From positions 124,001 through 188,000 of the forward strand of contig CT867994.1 in NCBI GenBank assembly GCA_000165425.1: a stretch of DNA of 64,000 bases, read 5' to 3'. The notes under the pieces were generated by a model that saw nothing but the letters and a program-made list of their open reading frames with translations, searched no databases and was not told the origin of the DNA. The stretch is from Paramecium tetraurelia. Its lineage: Eukaryota. Every line of letters begins with the position of its first letter. Within the stretch, counting starts at the first letter, position 1. This document shows positions 26,231 to 40,024 of this stretch, piece by piece. Both the position numbers and the translations under genes were made by a program.

Positions 26231-27481
26231 TCAATAAATTAATAATAACAATTTAATAACAATCAATAATAGCAGAGAGGCCCCAGAGAAAATTAAGGTT
26301 TGTTTCATTGTTTAATGGCCAAAAAAATTCACAAAGGGCTTTAGACAATATGCTATAATTATACAATAACATATCTGAATAAGGTACTGATTAAAGTACA
26401 TTCCCAAAAACATTGAAGCTATAAAAGTTAGGTAAAATACAAGTAAGCATGTTCCCATTGTGGTTTTTGCAACTGAAATATTGAATGATAATTACTGAAT
26501 TGCATTAAGTCATCAAACAGATCTATAATTAGGCATTGGGATAGCATAATGAACAAAACTGAAAGGATTGTCTTTTCTTAAACGCCTGCAGTATATCCAA
26601 GTATGATCTGTAGGACGATCAATTCGCCAATTATTAATTTAATTCTCGTTTAAATATGAGTGTCTGGTTTGCTTTGATTGTCAAGAGAGAATGAATTTTC
26701 ATTTAAGACTTGAGAATGAATTGTTTTCAAATTAGCTGGTTTTTATTCTGATTCTTCAATTACTCCCAAGTGTCTTGCATTTGCTAATTATTTATTGCTA
26801 TACTATGAATACAATATTTTTTCAGGCTTTTTACTATCGATTGTCTAAATTAAAAGATTATGATACAAATTATAATTTATTTAGAAGATCTGATTAATTA
26901 TTTAAATAGCTGTTCTTAATTTCATCAATAGACTTCCTTTTTTCTATGTTATTGTTGCGAATATAACTTTCAATTCTCAGAATCTCCTCGCTTCTATCAG
27001 GTATGTATTCTGAGACATTTTTTGCTTGAAAAATAATAGGATTGGTAGGGTATTCATTGGAAACAGCCAAATTATTATTGATTTCCTTTCCCTAAGACTC
27101 TTTGCAATTGATCTGTGCAATCAGATAAATTTCTTTGAACAATAAAACTATAGGAACTAACAACATCAGTTTGTATTTCACCGAAAATTCCTGATTTACA
27201 TAAGCAGAAAGTGTTTCTCGTTGGGCAGTCGAAAGTTAATCTATTAAATGAACTACTCGCAAATATTAGTGGTCATCTAAAAATAAATTATGCTGTAATT
27301 CTAATCCATTAGGAATCAGCAAGGGGAAAATTATCAGAATGGATGAATAAAAAAGCAGTCTTCTGGCAAAGATTAAGATCTAATCTGATATCTATTCATG
27401 CTTAAACTACTTTATCGAATAAACCAAATAGGTAATCCAAATAAATGCCAAACTAGCAACTAAGTTTATAATATAATTCAT
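26231..27481 (-). CDS. Multi-pass membrane protein (3+5 TM layout), possibly a degenerate ZIP-fold transporter
   Basis: Three N-terminal hydrophobic segments, a long polar loop and five C-terminal hydrophobic segments. Introns ~26846-26867 and 26473-26495 give an exact frame (~401 aa). Confidence 0.6.
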
Positions 27482-27699
27482 TATTTAAAATAATATTTAA
27501 TTAGCTTATGTTAATATTAAGAATCGACCAATAACTAAGGAATTATCTTGAGTCTGTAAACAGAGTCTATTTCGATATTTGAAAAATACTTTCTGTTCTT
27601 ATAATCACCTTATCTCTCTGTCAGTACTACTTCATGTTTGTCAATTTAAATAATCGAATGAATTTATGATTAAGTTTATATAAATTAAAAATACAAAAT

Positions 27700-29094
27700 A
27701 TGAGGTTATCTACTGAGGATAGTCAAGAGAATGAGGATCAATAGGAGGATCTCAAAAAGAAGTTCATTTATTAAACTGAAAAAATGAGACTATTACTCGA
27801 AGTACCTATAGAAAAGCGAAATAAAACAATATGTTAGGATATCGCTTAAATCGCAGGAGTAAGTGATGTTATGAGTATTTAAGGAAATTCAATTTCTGAA
27901 ACAGTATAGGGATAAACCAAATTTCTTAGATTTATGCAAGCATCTGTTTCTAAAGACTTATAATAAAAGAGATTATATTTTTTAATAAGGTGAAACAGGT
28001 GATGCTTTTTATGTTATTTTAAGTGGAAGTGTGAAGGTCTTTATTGAAGAGCCGACAGAATTCAGGAATTTTATGTAGTTGGTAACGTATACATTATGAT
28101 ATAGAAAGAAATTGCAATTTTATAAAAAGGAGATGCATTTGGAGAAATTTCTTTGCTTTACAATTCCAAGAGAACAGCTGCTGTGATGGCTGCAGAAAAA
28201 AGTGACTTGATTATTTTGACTAAAGAAAGCTTTGAGGAATATTTAAAGAATGATAACAAATAAGAAATGTAAACAGCGAATTTAAATAAATTAATTCAAT
28301 TCTTAGAAAAAGTTCCAATTTTTAAAATGTTCTCAAAATCCTTATTAGTATAAATTTGTACCAAATGTACAATGGAACATTTCCCCTCCCAATAGATTTT
28401 GATTAAGCAAGGAACTGAACCATCCAATATGTACATAATTAAGTAGGGGAGCGTTAAAGTGATTAGAAAAATTAAATTAAATTATGGTAGTATGACTACA
28501 AGAGAGGAATTGAGTCAAAAAAAGTAGGACTTATTTTATGACATCGATGAACTTAGTGATCACGATGTTTTTGGAGATTATGCAATTTTAAATGAAGTGG
28601 AATCTGAATGTTCTTACATAACAGCTATTCCTTGTTAAATTATATCAATAAGTTCATTCAATGTGAGGAAGCTTCTCCCTATGGACATTGTGTAAATTTA
28701 CAAATCGTAACTTAAACGTTATCCTGACGATGAAGATATTTAGTATTTATTTGAGGAGAAGGAGAGGTGGAATCATTATAAGAGGAAACTCATTCGAAAT
28801 ATCAAGATTGAGAAGTAGAATAAAAAGGGATTTGATCTGAGATTGAGATTGCCAGAACTGAAAACCAAAGAATTGTCACCACCTATCAATATCGTTGACA
28901 TCAAAACGAGTGATAGCAGAATCTATTTTAAATTCTTGGAATCAAAAATTAGTCCCATGGCAGACAGCAAAAAGAAGGTTTCTTAGTTAAGTTAAGTTGG
29001 GTTCAATTCACAGATCATTAAGGATTTGGAATTCTCATAGGCTCAATAAGCCTTTCAAAGAAAACTCAAAAAATTATAATATAAAAAGTATTGA
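27700..29094 (+). CDS. Tandem cyclic-nucleotide-binding domain protein
   Basis: IFQQGETGDAFYVILSGSVKV...GDAFGEISLLYNSKRTAAV; second CNBD LIKQGTEPSNMYIIKQGSV...VFGDYAIL. Confidence 0.85.
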
Positions 29095-29322
29095 ATCAGA
29101 ATGTATTTCATTTCAACAATATTTTAAATTCAATATATTATTTTGTAGTTATAATTTTATTCATTAAGACATATTAAATTATTTTTTGTCATTATTCTTA
29201 AAATATATCAGTCTAATTAATGATACATCGGTGAATTAATAACAGATTTTCCAATATAAAGATTGAAATAATGATTAGTGTAGTTTAAGTTTCCTTTTAT
29301 TTCAATTAATTTATTTATCAAG

Positions 29323-30611
29323 ATGGGAAGCAATTGTGCAACATGTTAGAGTTGTTAGAAAAAAGAAGAAGTTATAATGAGTCAGGAAGAATAGCAATCA
29401 TCGAGATAAATGCATGAATATTCATAATAGCCAAATGAGGAAGATGATGATAATGATCGTATCTCTTTTACCATAAACCCTTAGATCTTGAAGATAAAAA
29501 CCTAGATGGTTCAAGTCAAATTGTACAAAAATATTTGAACTTGGATTTAAAACCAAAAAAAGAAGTTGCACCAATTTAATCGGTTCCTGCCTAAATCATA
29601 GAAATTCCACAAGCATAAATTGTCATAACAAATGGTAAATGAAATTTGTACATCATTAGAATCAAACTAAGATAGTAAAAAAAGAAAAAATGAAATGATG
29701 TTGAGAAATTAGGAAGACATGCATGAAACTTACATAAGCAAATCGGAAAATTCAGTTAGAGAGAGGAGACCTAGACATATATTTAAAGTATTATGGTTCT
29801 TTCATAAAAATATTAGAGTGGAGCTTACTATGATGGTGAATGGATTGGTTAAAGCAGAGATGGGTATGGAATTTAAATCTGGAATGATGGAGCAAAGTAT
29901 GAAGGTGAATGGAAGAATAATAGAGCTAATGGTAGAGGTTAATTTTGGCATGTTGATGGGGACTTCTTTGACGGCGAATGGAAAGATGATAAGGCTTGTG
30001 GAAAAGGCGTTTATACTCACCTCAATGGAGCAAAATATGAAGGTGATTGGATGGATGATCTTCAACATGGATTTGGAGTAGAGATATGGGCTGACAATGC
30101 CAAGTTTGAAGGATAATATTAAAATGGAAAAAAGGAAGGATTAGGAAAATACTTCTGGGCAGATGGTTCTTCTTATGTAGGGAATTGGAGTGAAAATAAG
30201 TTATTTGGATTTGGTGTATATACATGGCCTGATGGAAGAGTATATATATAACTTATTTTAGAAATATTTAGGGGAGTGGGCAAATAATCAAATGAATGGA
30301 AGAGGCATATACTTATGGAAGGATGGGCGAAAATATGAGGGTTTTTATTTGAATGACAAAAAGCATGGCTATGGAATTTACATATGGCCTGATGGAAGGG
30401 TATAGCTAGTATTTAATTCTAGAAATACGAGGGGTATTGGAATAATGGTAAATAATCTGGAAAAGGTAGGTATGTACTACAAAATGGCAAGAGTTAATTG
30501 GGCCTTTGGGAAGATGGAAAAAGGATTAAATGGGTTGACTAATCAGAGTAAAATAAAGACATAAGTCCAAAAGATTGGAATTCATATGTATATCCAACTT
30601 TGTTTTAATGA
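29323..30611 (+). CDS. MORN-repeat protein with N-terminal MGSNC motif
   Basis: [31 protein letters not shown] and further repeats; several short introns. Confidence 0.9.
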
Positions 30612-31158
30612 TTTATGCTTATTACTATAAAATTAAACTATTATATTGATAATTTGCATAAAAATAAAGAAATAGAAACGAAAATTTATTTGCAATAACA
30701 AAAATATTACACAAATTTTAGGTTAGTTTTTATATATGTGGATAAAAATCAATTTCATTTTTAGAGTAGGCTGGCTTGTAAAACAAAGGAAATCAATAGA
30801 TTATGATTTAAAAATTAAATATTTTTTATTTTGATTAACAAAATAATTCATAATTTACTAGTTGACTTATTAAGCTTTACCTTATAATCAGATCATCCAT
30901 GTTAAATACATAGTCTAAGTTCATGAATGTAAAATCAAGTTAAAATCTCTAAGTCCTAAAAGTTGTCACTGACATAATCGAAATATTAACTGTATTCTAA
31001 TATATGGGGTGATTTGGAGACTTAGGGTAAACTTGAAACTCCAAAATTAGTTGATATCCAATAATATAAATTTTGGATACAAAAGGGACTCATATTTTAA
31101 TGAAGAGTTATTTGAAGAATTGATAAATTTAGTTTAATGTTGCCATTTAATTAAATCA

Positions 31159-32266
31159 ATGAGTGATGACGATTCCGATCAAGTTATTCTAGCTATCACT
31201 AAAGTTGGATGTATGATTGCATTTTTCTTGTTGATCCTCATCGTAGGTTGTCTGCCAATTAGACTCAAAGCATTCAAATCCAATAAGGTACAAATAACCT
31301 ATGAAAAGGGCAGAAACTATTGGCAGACATGGGAGCATTTTCTGGAGGTCTATTTCTTGCAGTGGGCTTAGTTCATTTGTTACCAGAGGCAGCGGATAAT
31401 TTTGATTCGTCTTTTAAGGATGATGATGAGCATTTTCCATTCGCTTATGCAATATCAATATTGAGTTTTGCGCTAATACTTTTTATTCAAAAAATAATAA
31501 CAGATCATCATCACGATCATGGACATGATGAGGACCATCACTATCATGAAAGCAATTCCAAAAATACTTAGGTTTAAGATTAAAATCAGCTTTTTGTGAA
31601 TGGTAGTGTCGATACAGAAGCACTTTTGGAGAAACACAATACTGAAGAAACTTTTAAAGATGCTCTAAATACTTAAGTATTAAACTGGTTAACTATGTAG
31701 TTAATAGTAGCAAAGAAAGCATCATTTGTATAAATGGTCAAAAAATAAACAGCGCAGGATCCAAAAAACTCAATTGTTTATTAGGACGTAAACACATGGG
31801 CTCCTTACATCTTGCAGATAGCTGTTGGGATCCATGCTGTTTTTGAGGGATTGTCAATTGGTATTCAGGAGGAGGTTTCTTTGTGCGTAGGGATAGCATT
31901 AGTGGTGTGTTGTCATAAATGGGTAATAAACTATATATTAAATATAGGCTGAAGGGATGACGTTGGGTCTTGCATTTAGGAAGGCAGGAGTCAATAAGAC
32001 AACCTCTACCTATATGATATTGATTTAGTAAATAATGAATCCAATTGGAATAGGAATTGGGTGGATTATGGCCGATAAAGGGCCGTTGTATACAGGGATA
32101 TTTGTATCAATATCAGTGGGGACATTTATTTACATTTCCACAATGGAGACATTGACAGAAGAGTTTTCAATTGCTCAATATAAATGGGAGAAGTACATAA
32201 TCTTTTTGGTGGCCATAGCATTTGTATCAAGTTTGTGGTTTTAGAATAGGCAATGGGAGGAGATTG
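31159..32266 (+). CDS. ZIP (SLC39) zinc transporter; apparent 1-nt deletion just before the stop
   Basis: FSGGLFLAVGLVHLLPEA, His-rich loop HHHDHGHDEDHH, IHAVFEGLSIG, CHKWAEG and GTFIYIS. The end given assumes WFLEQAMGGD*. Confidence 0.9.
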
Positions 32267-32365
32267 AATTGTTATCCATATTAATTATATTATTAAATAT
32301 AGTGTCATAAATGGTAATTAAGTCGGAAAATCTAAGTGCAATTTATTTGAATAATTTATTTAATT

Positions 32366-33728
32366 ATGGATTAGAAACTTAATGATGCTGAAATAGCACT
32401 TGAACAATTCAGACTGAAGAAACTCATTAAAACTTTGAGCCAGGAAAGAACTGCTGGCACAAGTGTTGTGTCTGTTTATATTCCTCCCAAAAGGATCATT
32501 TCCGATATCACAAACAGACTCAATACCTAGTATGCAGAAGCAGCCTCTATTAAGGACAAGGGAAACAGAATATCTGTGCAAGAAGCTATTTAAGCAGCTA
32601 TCCTAAGTATTTAAGTGAATTTATCCAAGGACTAAGACCATACAACAAGGCTCCAAACAATGGATTGGTGGTTTTTTGCGGTATTGTGTAGTAGGCAGAT
32701 GGCAAAGGAGAGAAGAAAATTTCAGTTGTCATTGAACCTTATAGACCCTTGGATCTATCTCTGTATTTTTGTGATCCCCAGTTCCACGTGGAAGAACTGA
32801 GAGCCCTCCTAAACATAGATCCACCTTTTGGATTCATTATTATGGACGGTAATGGATCATTGTTCGCCACAATCCAAGGAAACAGCAAATAAATTATAAA
32901 GTCTTTCGATGTTGATTTGCCAAAGAAACACAACAAGGGAGGTCAATCTTCAGTCAGATTTGCACGTCTCCGTATGGAAAAAAGACATAATTACTTGAGA
33001 AAGGTATGCGAAACAGCAACCACATGTTTCATTGCTGAGGACAGACCAAATGTCAAGGGTTTAGTCTTAGCAGGTTCAGCTGATTTCAAAAACGATTTGG
33101 CTGGAAGTCAATTCTTTGATAAGAGATTATAGCCTTTGATTATTTCAGTGGTGGATATTAATTATGGTGGAGAATAGGGATTGAATTAAGCAGTGTAATT
33201 GAGTTAAGAATCTTTGTTGGAAGTCAAGTACATCAGAGAAAAGAATTTGGTTGGTCAATTCTTTGAGAATATCGATAAGGACACTGGTTTGGTAGTGTAC
33301 GGTGTTTAGGACACAATGAGAGCAGTTGAATCATAAACAATAAAGACTTTAGTTTGTGTAGACACTCTTTAATATTTACGTTTGGAATGTTAGAGCAAAT
33401 AAACTGAATGTATGATATACTATGTTATTCTTTAGAAAAAGCAATTAAATACATTAAAGGTAATGAGGGATATGAGGCTGGTTCATTGATTGAAGAGAAA
33501 AATGGAGAATAATTTGTCATTCTTGTAAAAGAGGACTTAGTTGAACATCTATCTGAGAAATTTAAGGATTATGGATTAGATTTTCAATTAATTACAGATC
33601 ACAGTGTTGAAGGTAATCAATTTATGAAGGGTTTCAGTGGATTAGGAGGATTTTTAAGATTTAAAATGGACATGGATTATTTAGTCTAACAGGAAGATTG
33701 GAAAGATGAAGATGAAGACTTTATTTGA
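32366..33728 (+). CDS. eRF1: Eukaryotic release factor 1, ciliate variant (437 aa)
   Basis: GTS, EAASIKD, YFCDPQF and [19 protein letters not shown]; introns 32607-32629 and 33410-33435. Confidence 0.97.
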
Positions 33729-33776
33729 TAATCATTTTATTTTGTTAAATAAATTTGAAATATGTTTAAGTGATAT

Positions 33777-34564
33777 TCAAGTATTTTTTTTAGATTTTCT
33801 GACCAGTTATTCCATCGTCTATTAAAATTTCTTAAATTCAGCAGCATTCCTATTGTATTTACTGTCTCTCCAAGAATTCACAGTGTTATTGAACATTAAG
33901 ATAGGAGACTTGGTTTCCGTTTAAGTTGGCGTACTCTATCTAACACTAGTGGAAGGACTTTAGGGTCTGGTTGTATAGATGAAGGGATTGGAAGTATGAG
34001 CCTTTGCACTGCCAAATTTGGATGACAAGGTTGGTTCTTTGTAGAATTGAAAGGAGGACTCGGTTCTGTTCATTAAGATTTTATTAATGTCCATTAAATT
34101 AGTAAGTTTAGGTTCAGGCAAGTAAAGTTTTCTGTTCTCCCTTTCATTTTTCTTGATCTCCTCCTGCAGTTTTTGTTTCTGTTTTTTACAAGTGTCTAGT
34201 TCGTGTTATAGCTTGGCATTAGCGTCTAATAAGTGCTGGATTTGAGAGGCTAGTTCGGAATTCTTTCGTTGTAACTACTGAACCTGGGTTTCAAGGTTCT
34301 GTTGATGAATGCGATCACTGTTACTTAACATTTGGTAATCTTGTCCATTAACCTTATATTGCTTGCCATCACTTATTAAAGAATGACTTCATAATTTTGT
34401 TCTTCCAAAAAGGATTCCCTTATACTTCTTTCAGTCACCGTTTTGCTATTGAGTCTGGCAAATGATGTGGATGAATCAACTAAATTCTATCCAACTAAAA
34501 ATTATTTAAAGTATTCTGATTGTTGTACATCACCAAAAGAAGCCGCATTCGATTCTGTTTTCAT
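33777..34564 (-). CDS. Hypothetical coiled-coil protein
   Basis: MKTESNAASF...NLETQVQQLQRKNSELASQIQHLL...; one 26-nt intron; TGA at 33777-33779. Confidence 0.65.
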
Positions 34565-34593
34565 TTAATAAATAACTGAATTTATTTTTTTGA

Positions 34594-35767
34594 ATGAGTG
34601 AAATCAATGAATCCCTAATTGAAGCACCTCTGAAGGCTCTGCTTGAAGATGTAACAATCTCTCATCATCCAAGGTATTGTTCTAATTGGAAGGCTATCTG
34701 GAAGGATAAAATGATTTGAAGATGATCGAACATTAATTGAAGGACTATGACACCTTGTCTGGACTAGTTAAAATAATCGGCAATGTGTTTAAGACTCTCA
34801 TGAAGAAGATTGATAAAAAGATCACTCAACTCAAAATGAATCAGAATGACAATAGTTCTTATAGAAGTTATCAACCTGAAGAAGAGTACGAGAAATTAGA
34901 GTAAATTATCTAAAAACATGAAGCTGAAATCAGAGGACATATCAGTGTAAAAGTCTCCATTCTTATCTAAGATTGAATAGCAACTCAAATTGTATAATGA
35001 AAGTCTACAACAAAAGATTGAGGATATGGAGAAACAACACAAAGATGCCTTAGAATAAATGCAGAAATCAATGAATCTATTGAAGAAGGATTTGGGCAAA
35101 TCTAATCAGAGTTATCGATAACTCATCAAAGAAAATGAACAATTAAGAGAATCAGCTGAACATCCCCTCAATCCTAAGGCTATCATCCACACTGAAGGAG
35201 AAGTCAATGGAAGAATCAAAGACAAAAAGTACACAGTTATAAATTTATTAGTTTTGTCATTCAGATCACAGATTAAAGAAGGTCGATTATAGTAGTGAGT
35301 ATCCTACATCTAGTGTTAATCTGCAATCCTAAAATTCCATGAGAAACTCCACTCCCTTGAAATCACAGTCCCAACATCATAAGTCTGGTGGCAAACTCAA
35401 TACTCAGATACAACATCGCAACTCTCAAGAATAAGATTTATTCACCAAATATAACCAACTCCTAAAATAACATGCCTAATCCATCACTCAAAGATCTCAA
35501 ATCATCTAAGCAAGTTAGTACTTAATCAAAGGTGGCTTTGGTAATCAAAAGAATTAGAGGAGCACTCTTAATGTCATCTCCGATATTTGCAATGCCTAAT
35601 TATTGAGATCTTCCTTAAGAACCAAAAGCCAAGGAAATAGTGCTAAAGCAGGAAATACTAATTCTCAGAACAACATCAATGCAACCAACAAAAATACTAC
35701 CCAAAAAATTATATCAGAAACATCAAAAACTAATGAAGCCATTCAGAGACTACTCAAACTTAAATGA
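34594..35767 (+). CDS. Ciliate coiled-coil hypothetical protein
   Basis: EEYEKLEQIIQKHEAEIRGHIS/IEQQLKLYNESLQQKI; short introns; TGA at 35765-35767. Confidence 0.7.
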
Positions 35768-35817
35768 TTTATTTATCTATTTCTGGATTTCAATTTAATC
35801 ATACACCAAATATATAA

Positions 35818-38800
35818 TCAATAGTTATCATCTGAAGAATAGTTAAGTGCTTCCTTCACCTCGTTGAATCCCTATGGAACCAATTCATCCACCAATTTAT
35901 TTATGTAAATCAATCTTGTATCATTGTCGATTATTCTATAAGATATCCAAATGCTCTGTCTCTTATCTTCACACGTTAAAGCCTAAAATATACTCAGCAC
36001 TAATACTTACTTTATCTAACTTTTTTATAACACTCAGATAATATTCTATCTCCTCTTCTACTGCATATTACACTCTATTTTCCAACCTTAGCTTTACATC
36101 ATTCCAATTTCTGTACAAATCTTCTAACGTTTTTATAGGATCCTATTCATCTACACTATTTGCAAAATTTGTAAATTTCTCTTCAGAAAATAAATTCTAC
36201 TCTATTGAAAATGTTAAGAATCTATCAAATGACATCGCCTTCTCTCCCTCATTATTGGCTGTTAAGTCACATCGAGACAGGAATTCTCTTTCCATTACAC
36301 TAATTGAAGTTTGATTACCTTGATTAACCTCAAAATAATAATATAATTTCTTAAATTCTTGATATTCCATCATATTATCAAGATCCATGTCTGCTGAATT
36401 AAACACTTCTTAATAATGTTTCATGTGCATCTTCTTGATAATTTCATACCCTTTTTATTTATTCAATTCCTTTACCTGTCAAAATCCTACTTATATAATA
36501 ATCATAATCAATATATGGTCTCATATTTCTTTCTATGTAGTTCAACTTAATATCGTAAGTTATGTTGCTCCTATATTCTTATGGAATCTGAGAATGAATC
36601 GTCTCCAAAATTAAAATTGCCTTTTCAACCAGTATAAAATACCCCTAAAATTATAATTTATTTTACCTTATCTGTATTGAGTGTCTAATTATCTTCATCT
36701 AATTGCTTAAGAGTCTTGATATATATATCTAAATCATCAAGTGTTAATGAACTAAACAATTGTAAGAATCTTCCAAATAAATTAACTCTCATGTTATCTC
36801 GATGAACAAATATTGATTCATAAAAATTAATTAATTTCTATTCAGCAATATTCTTAAATCCATATGTGTTAAAAAAGTATTCATAACATAAAATATGTAA
36901 GGATGTTTTGTTTTAATTTTATTTTAATTTCTCCCCATAAAATTATTGTATTAATTTTAACACGGCCCCCTTTTTCATCTTTGCTACAATATCTTTTTAA
37001 TTAGTAGAAGCAAATTTGGTAGCAAGCTATTTTACTAGATTTGTCTTTAGATAACTCAGACCTGGGCTATCAAGTGATTATTTATTTTAAAATTCTAGAT
37101 CTCTATTAAATTTTTACTTGGAACTTAAGAAAATTAGAATTTTTTAGTCTGATTAATTTATTTTTTTCTTTATTTAATTTCTTACAATTTTAAAGTATAT
37201 TCTGAATCTTCACTATCCGAGTCTGATGATGAAAAATTTTAATAAATAAAATTAGATATTGTATCCTGGAGATATTACACTTATTCGTTTTGTTATGGCA
37301 TCATAGATCCTCTTTTCTGCGTTTTTAATTCTTTTTTCTTTGCTTAATTTATTGGGGTTTGCTTAAATATCTTAATTATATTTTACCATTCTTTAACTAG
37401 GTCTGGGTTTATTTAAGTTCTTGTTCCTTGCTGAATTTTATTACAATTCATTTGTATCCTAAATAAATATTGATTTAATTATACATCTTCGCTTAAAAAT
37501 TAGTTAGACTGTTGTTGTTAAGAAAATTATTAAGCAGTCTAATTATCTTATAAAGGAAGAATAGAAATATTATACTAACAATTTTAATTTTTTTCATTTT
37601 AAAAAGGTTATTATTATTATTATTACTATTATTAAGGCATTACGCTTTTTCGATTCCTTTCTGGATTTTAATTAATGTTTTCCTACTAATTTTAAGAATC
37701 CACTTATTCATTTATTATAATTTGAGGTGGGATTATTGATAAATTCTATTGTATTATTTAAGGCTAAACATTTGAAAACCGAGATTTTGGAGTAATTTGC
37801 ATAGGAGTTATTGAACTCATTCTCTTATCTTATATTTTTTTTTTCATAATCTCAGCAAATTTATGTGTTTATGTTAATTGAACAACTAAGGTTTTAGTTT
37901 TATCAACTAAATTTGACTTAACAGATTTTATTCTTTGATATTTTTTTTCTATTTTCTCATTAATCTATCAATAAATAACAGTTTAACCTTTTCATATAAA
38001 TCTAACTGTGCTTCTAACTCAACCATTTCTTAATTGACTAAATCGTTGTTCTTTTCAAGTTCCGACACTCGTTTTTACTATAGATATTAACGTCATATAT
38101 ACATATTACTACAGCTACTATTCCTTTCTTGTGTTCTCATCTTTAAATGTACTATTAACTAAAATCAAATTAGTCCTCGTTTCTTTTTATTAATGAAGAT
38201 TTTCTTTTAATTTGCTTTAAAATTCTTCAAAAAGATCAAAAATGGCTTGAATCTATGGCTGCTCACAATTTTGAGTTTGATTAAAGATTTTTAAGTATTG
38301 ATCTCTTGCCCTTTGAATAGCCACCTATAGTTATTCAAGATGTTATTCCTCCATTTTAATAGATTCCTGTAATTCTTCAGTTAGATCAGTCTAAACGCTC
38401 TTTGATATCCTATTTAAAAACGAGATTTCTGTTTAAATGATTTATTATCTCCTGTCTTTTAATTCAAATCTATTAAATTAATTGAAATTTCTACTTGGGA
38501 ATTTGAATAGATAATTTCTTTCTTTCTATAGTTTAAATTTCTGCCTCTCTTGTCAACTATAATATTTAAATGAGATCACAAGTGTCTGTGGCCTTTTCCT
38601 CTAATAGAATTTCAATATCTCCAACAGATAGACTATCATTTAATACTTTTTTAAGCTTATCTTAATCTGAATCAACTTTCTCAAATTGCAAGCCATTAGC
38701 TCTTTAGATAGGTTTTATTTCAGGTAGTTTATATTATGGAATTTGATGGACTGTTATCCTTCTTTCAGTACCAGCTCTTACTAATTTTGATTTTAATTAA

Positions 38801-39988
38801 TTTTCATGTTCAAAATTAGTTTCATTTCTTTATTATTTTTGAGCTTATATAGAAAATTGTTCAAATTATTACTGAACATTCCTTTAGTAATCTTGTAATT
38901 CATCAGTAATTTTTTCAATTTGATCTATATATTATTTATTCTCATTTTTCAATTCTTGAATTTCATTTTTTTAATTTCGTATTTAAGTATTTAAATATCT
39001 ATTATTTTTTTTCAAATATTTTGCATTAGCCTTTAATTTAACAAATCTTTCCAAAACCGAATCCATATCGGTCTTTTGTTTTTTTTGAATAATCAAGTAT
39101 TTGTCTATTTCTGCTTAGTACAATTAATGTGTTCTCATTACTTCAGATAGATGGTCTTTTTCTAAAATATTATTTTAATTTAAAATTGATTAGTAAACTG
39201 ACGTATTAATATCAATATACTATGTCCATATTTTTTCTAATAGAACACTATGGATAATGAATTTAAACTTAATACCTTTTTTCAATACAATCAAATGAAA
39301 TCTAACGAATTAGTTCTTTCAAGCAAAGCGAAAATATTTACTACAAATCTTCATATATATTTGCTGATTGTCCTTGGTTTTTCTCAATAGCCTATTCAAG
39401 CATGAGATCAGTCCACGCTGCTAGTGCTTTTACATCATGTCTGAATGATATTATCAAAATAGAATACTTTAATGGAATGCCTCTGTGGATTTTATCTTTG
39501 ACTACTCTCTTTGTTAAATTTGAAGAAAATTTAGTTAGTTAGATGGTTCTATCTGTCAGTTCACTTGGCAAAATGACCTGGGCTTAGGAGATTTCTACCT
39601 TTTCTATAGATAAACTTTACTATTGGAGGTAATAAATTAAAGGCCTTCTAATTTTTTGGGGTATTTGTAAGGGTCCTAACTATTCAATTGAGCAAAAAAA
39701 TCGTTTTTATCCATTTTTTTTAATCTATCAATGTAATCGAGCTGTATATCCTTTAAAATAGGAGATTAATAGTAAGACTGAGTTAATATGAATTTAGATG
39801 AATACAGATTATGATATGGTTTTGGATTTTTCAATTCTTTGTTTAATGTTTGGTTAATTAGTATCCGTCTACATTCTCTGGGATTACTGTAAATTGGTGG
39901 GTTTGAGTTAAATTATTCTTTCTGAATTTTGGTGTGAATGTTTTGGAGTCTAGGAGTTTCGAAATTAATGAAATTTTGTCCCTTCCAT
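35818..39988 (-). CDS. Large coiled-coil protein with an axonemal dynein light-chain-like domain and a C-terminal EF-hand-like region
   Basis: LKELIRQISFDCIEKSVLLEKIW resembles the Ax_dynein_light core; YGFKNIAEQKL...NLFGRFL; FNSADMDLDNMMEYQEF. Confidence 0.65.
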
Positions 39989-40024
39989 ACTTATTAATAT
40001 AATAAATAATCTGAACTAAAAAAA

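Noticed and set aside
18731..30540. Recurrent TGGCC(T/A)GATGG units as DNA repeats or a CRISPR array
   Set aside because: They encode the WPDG of MORN repeats in two protein genes. There is no repeat-spacer structure.
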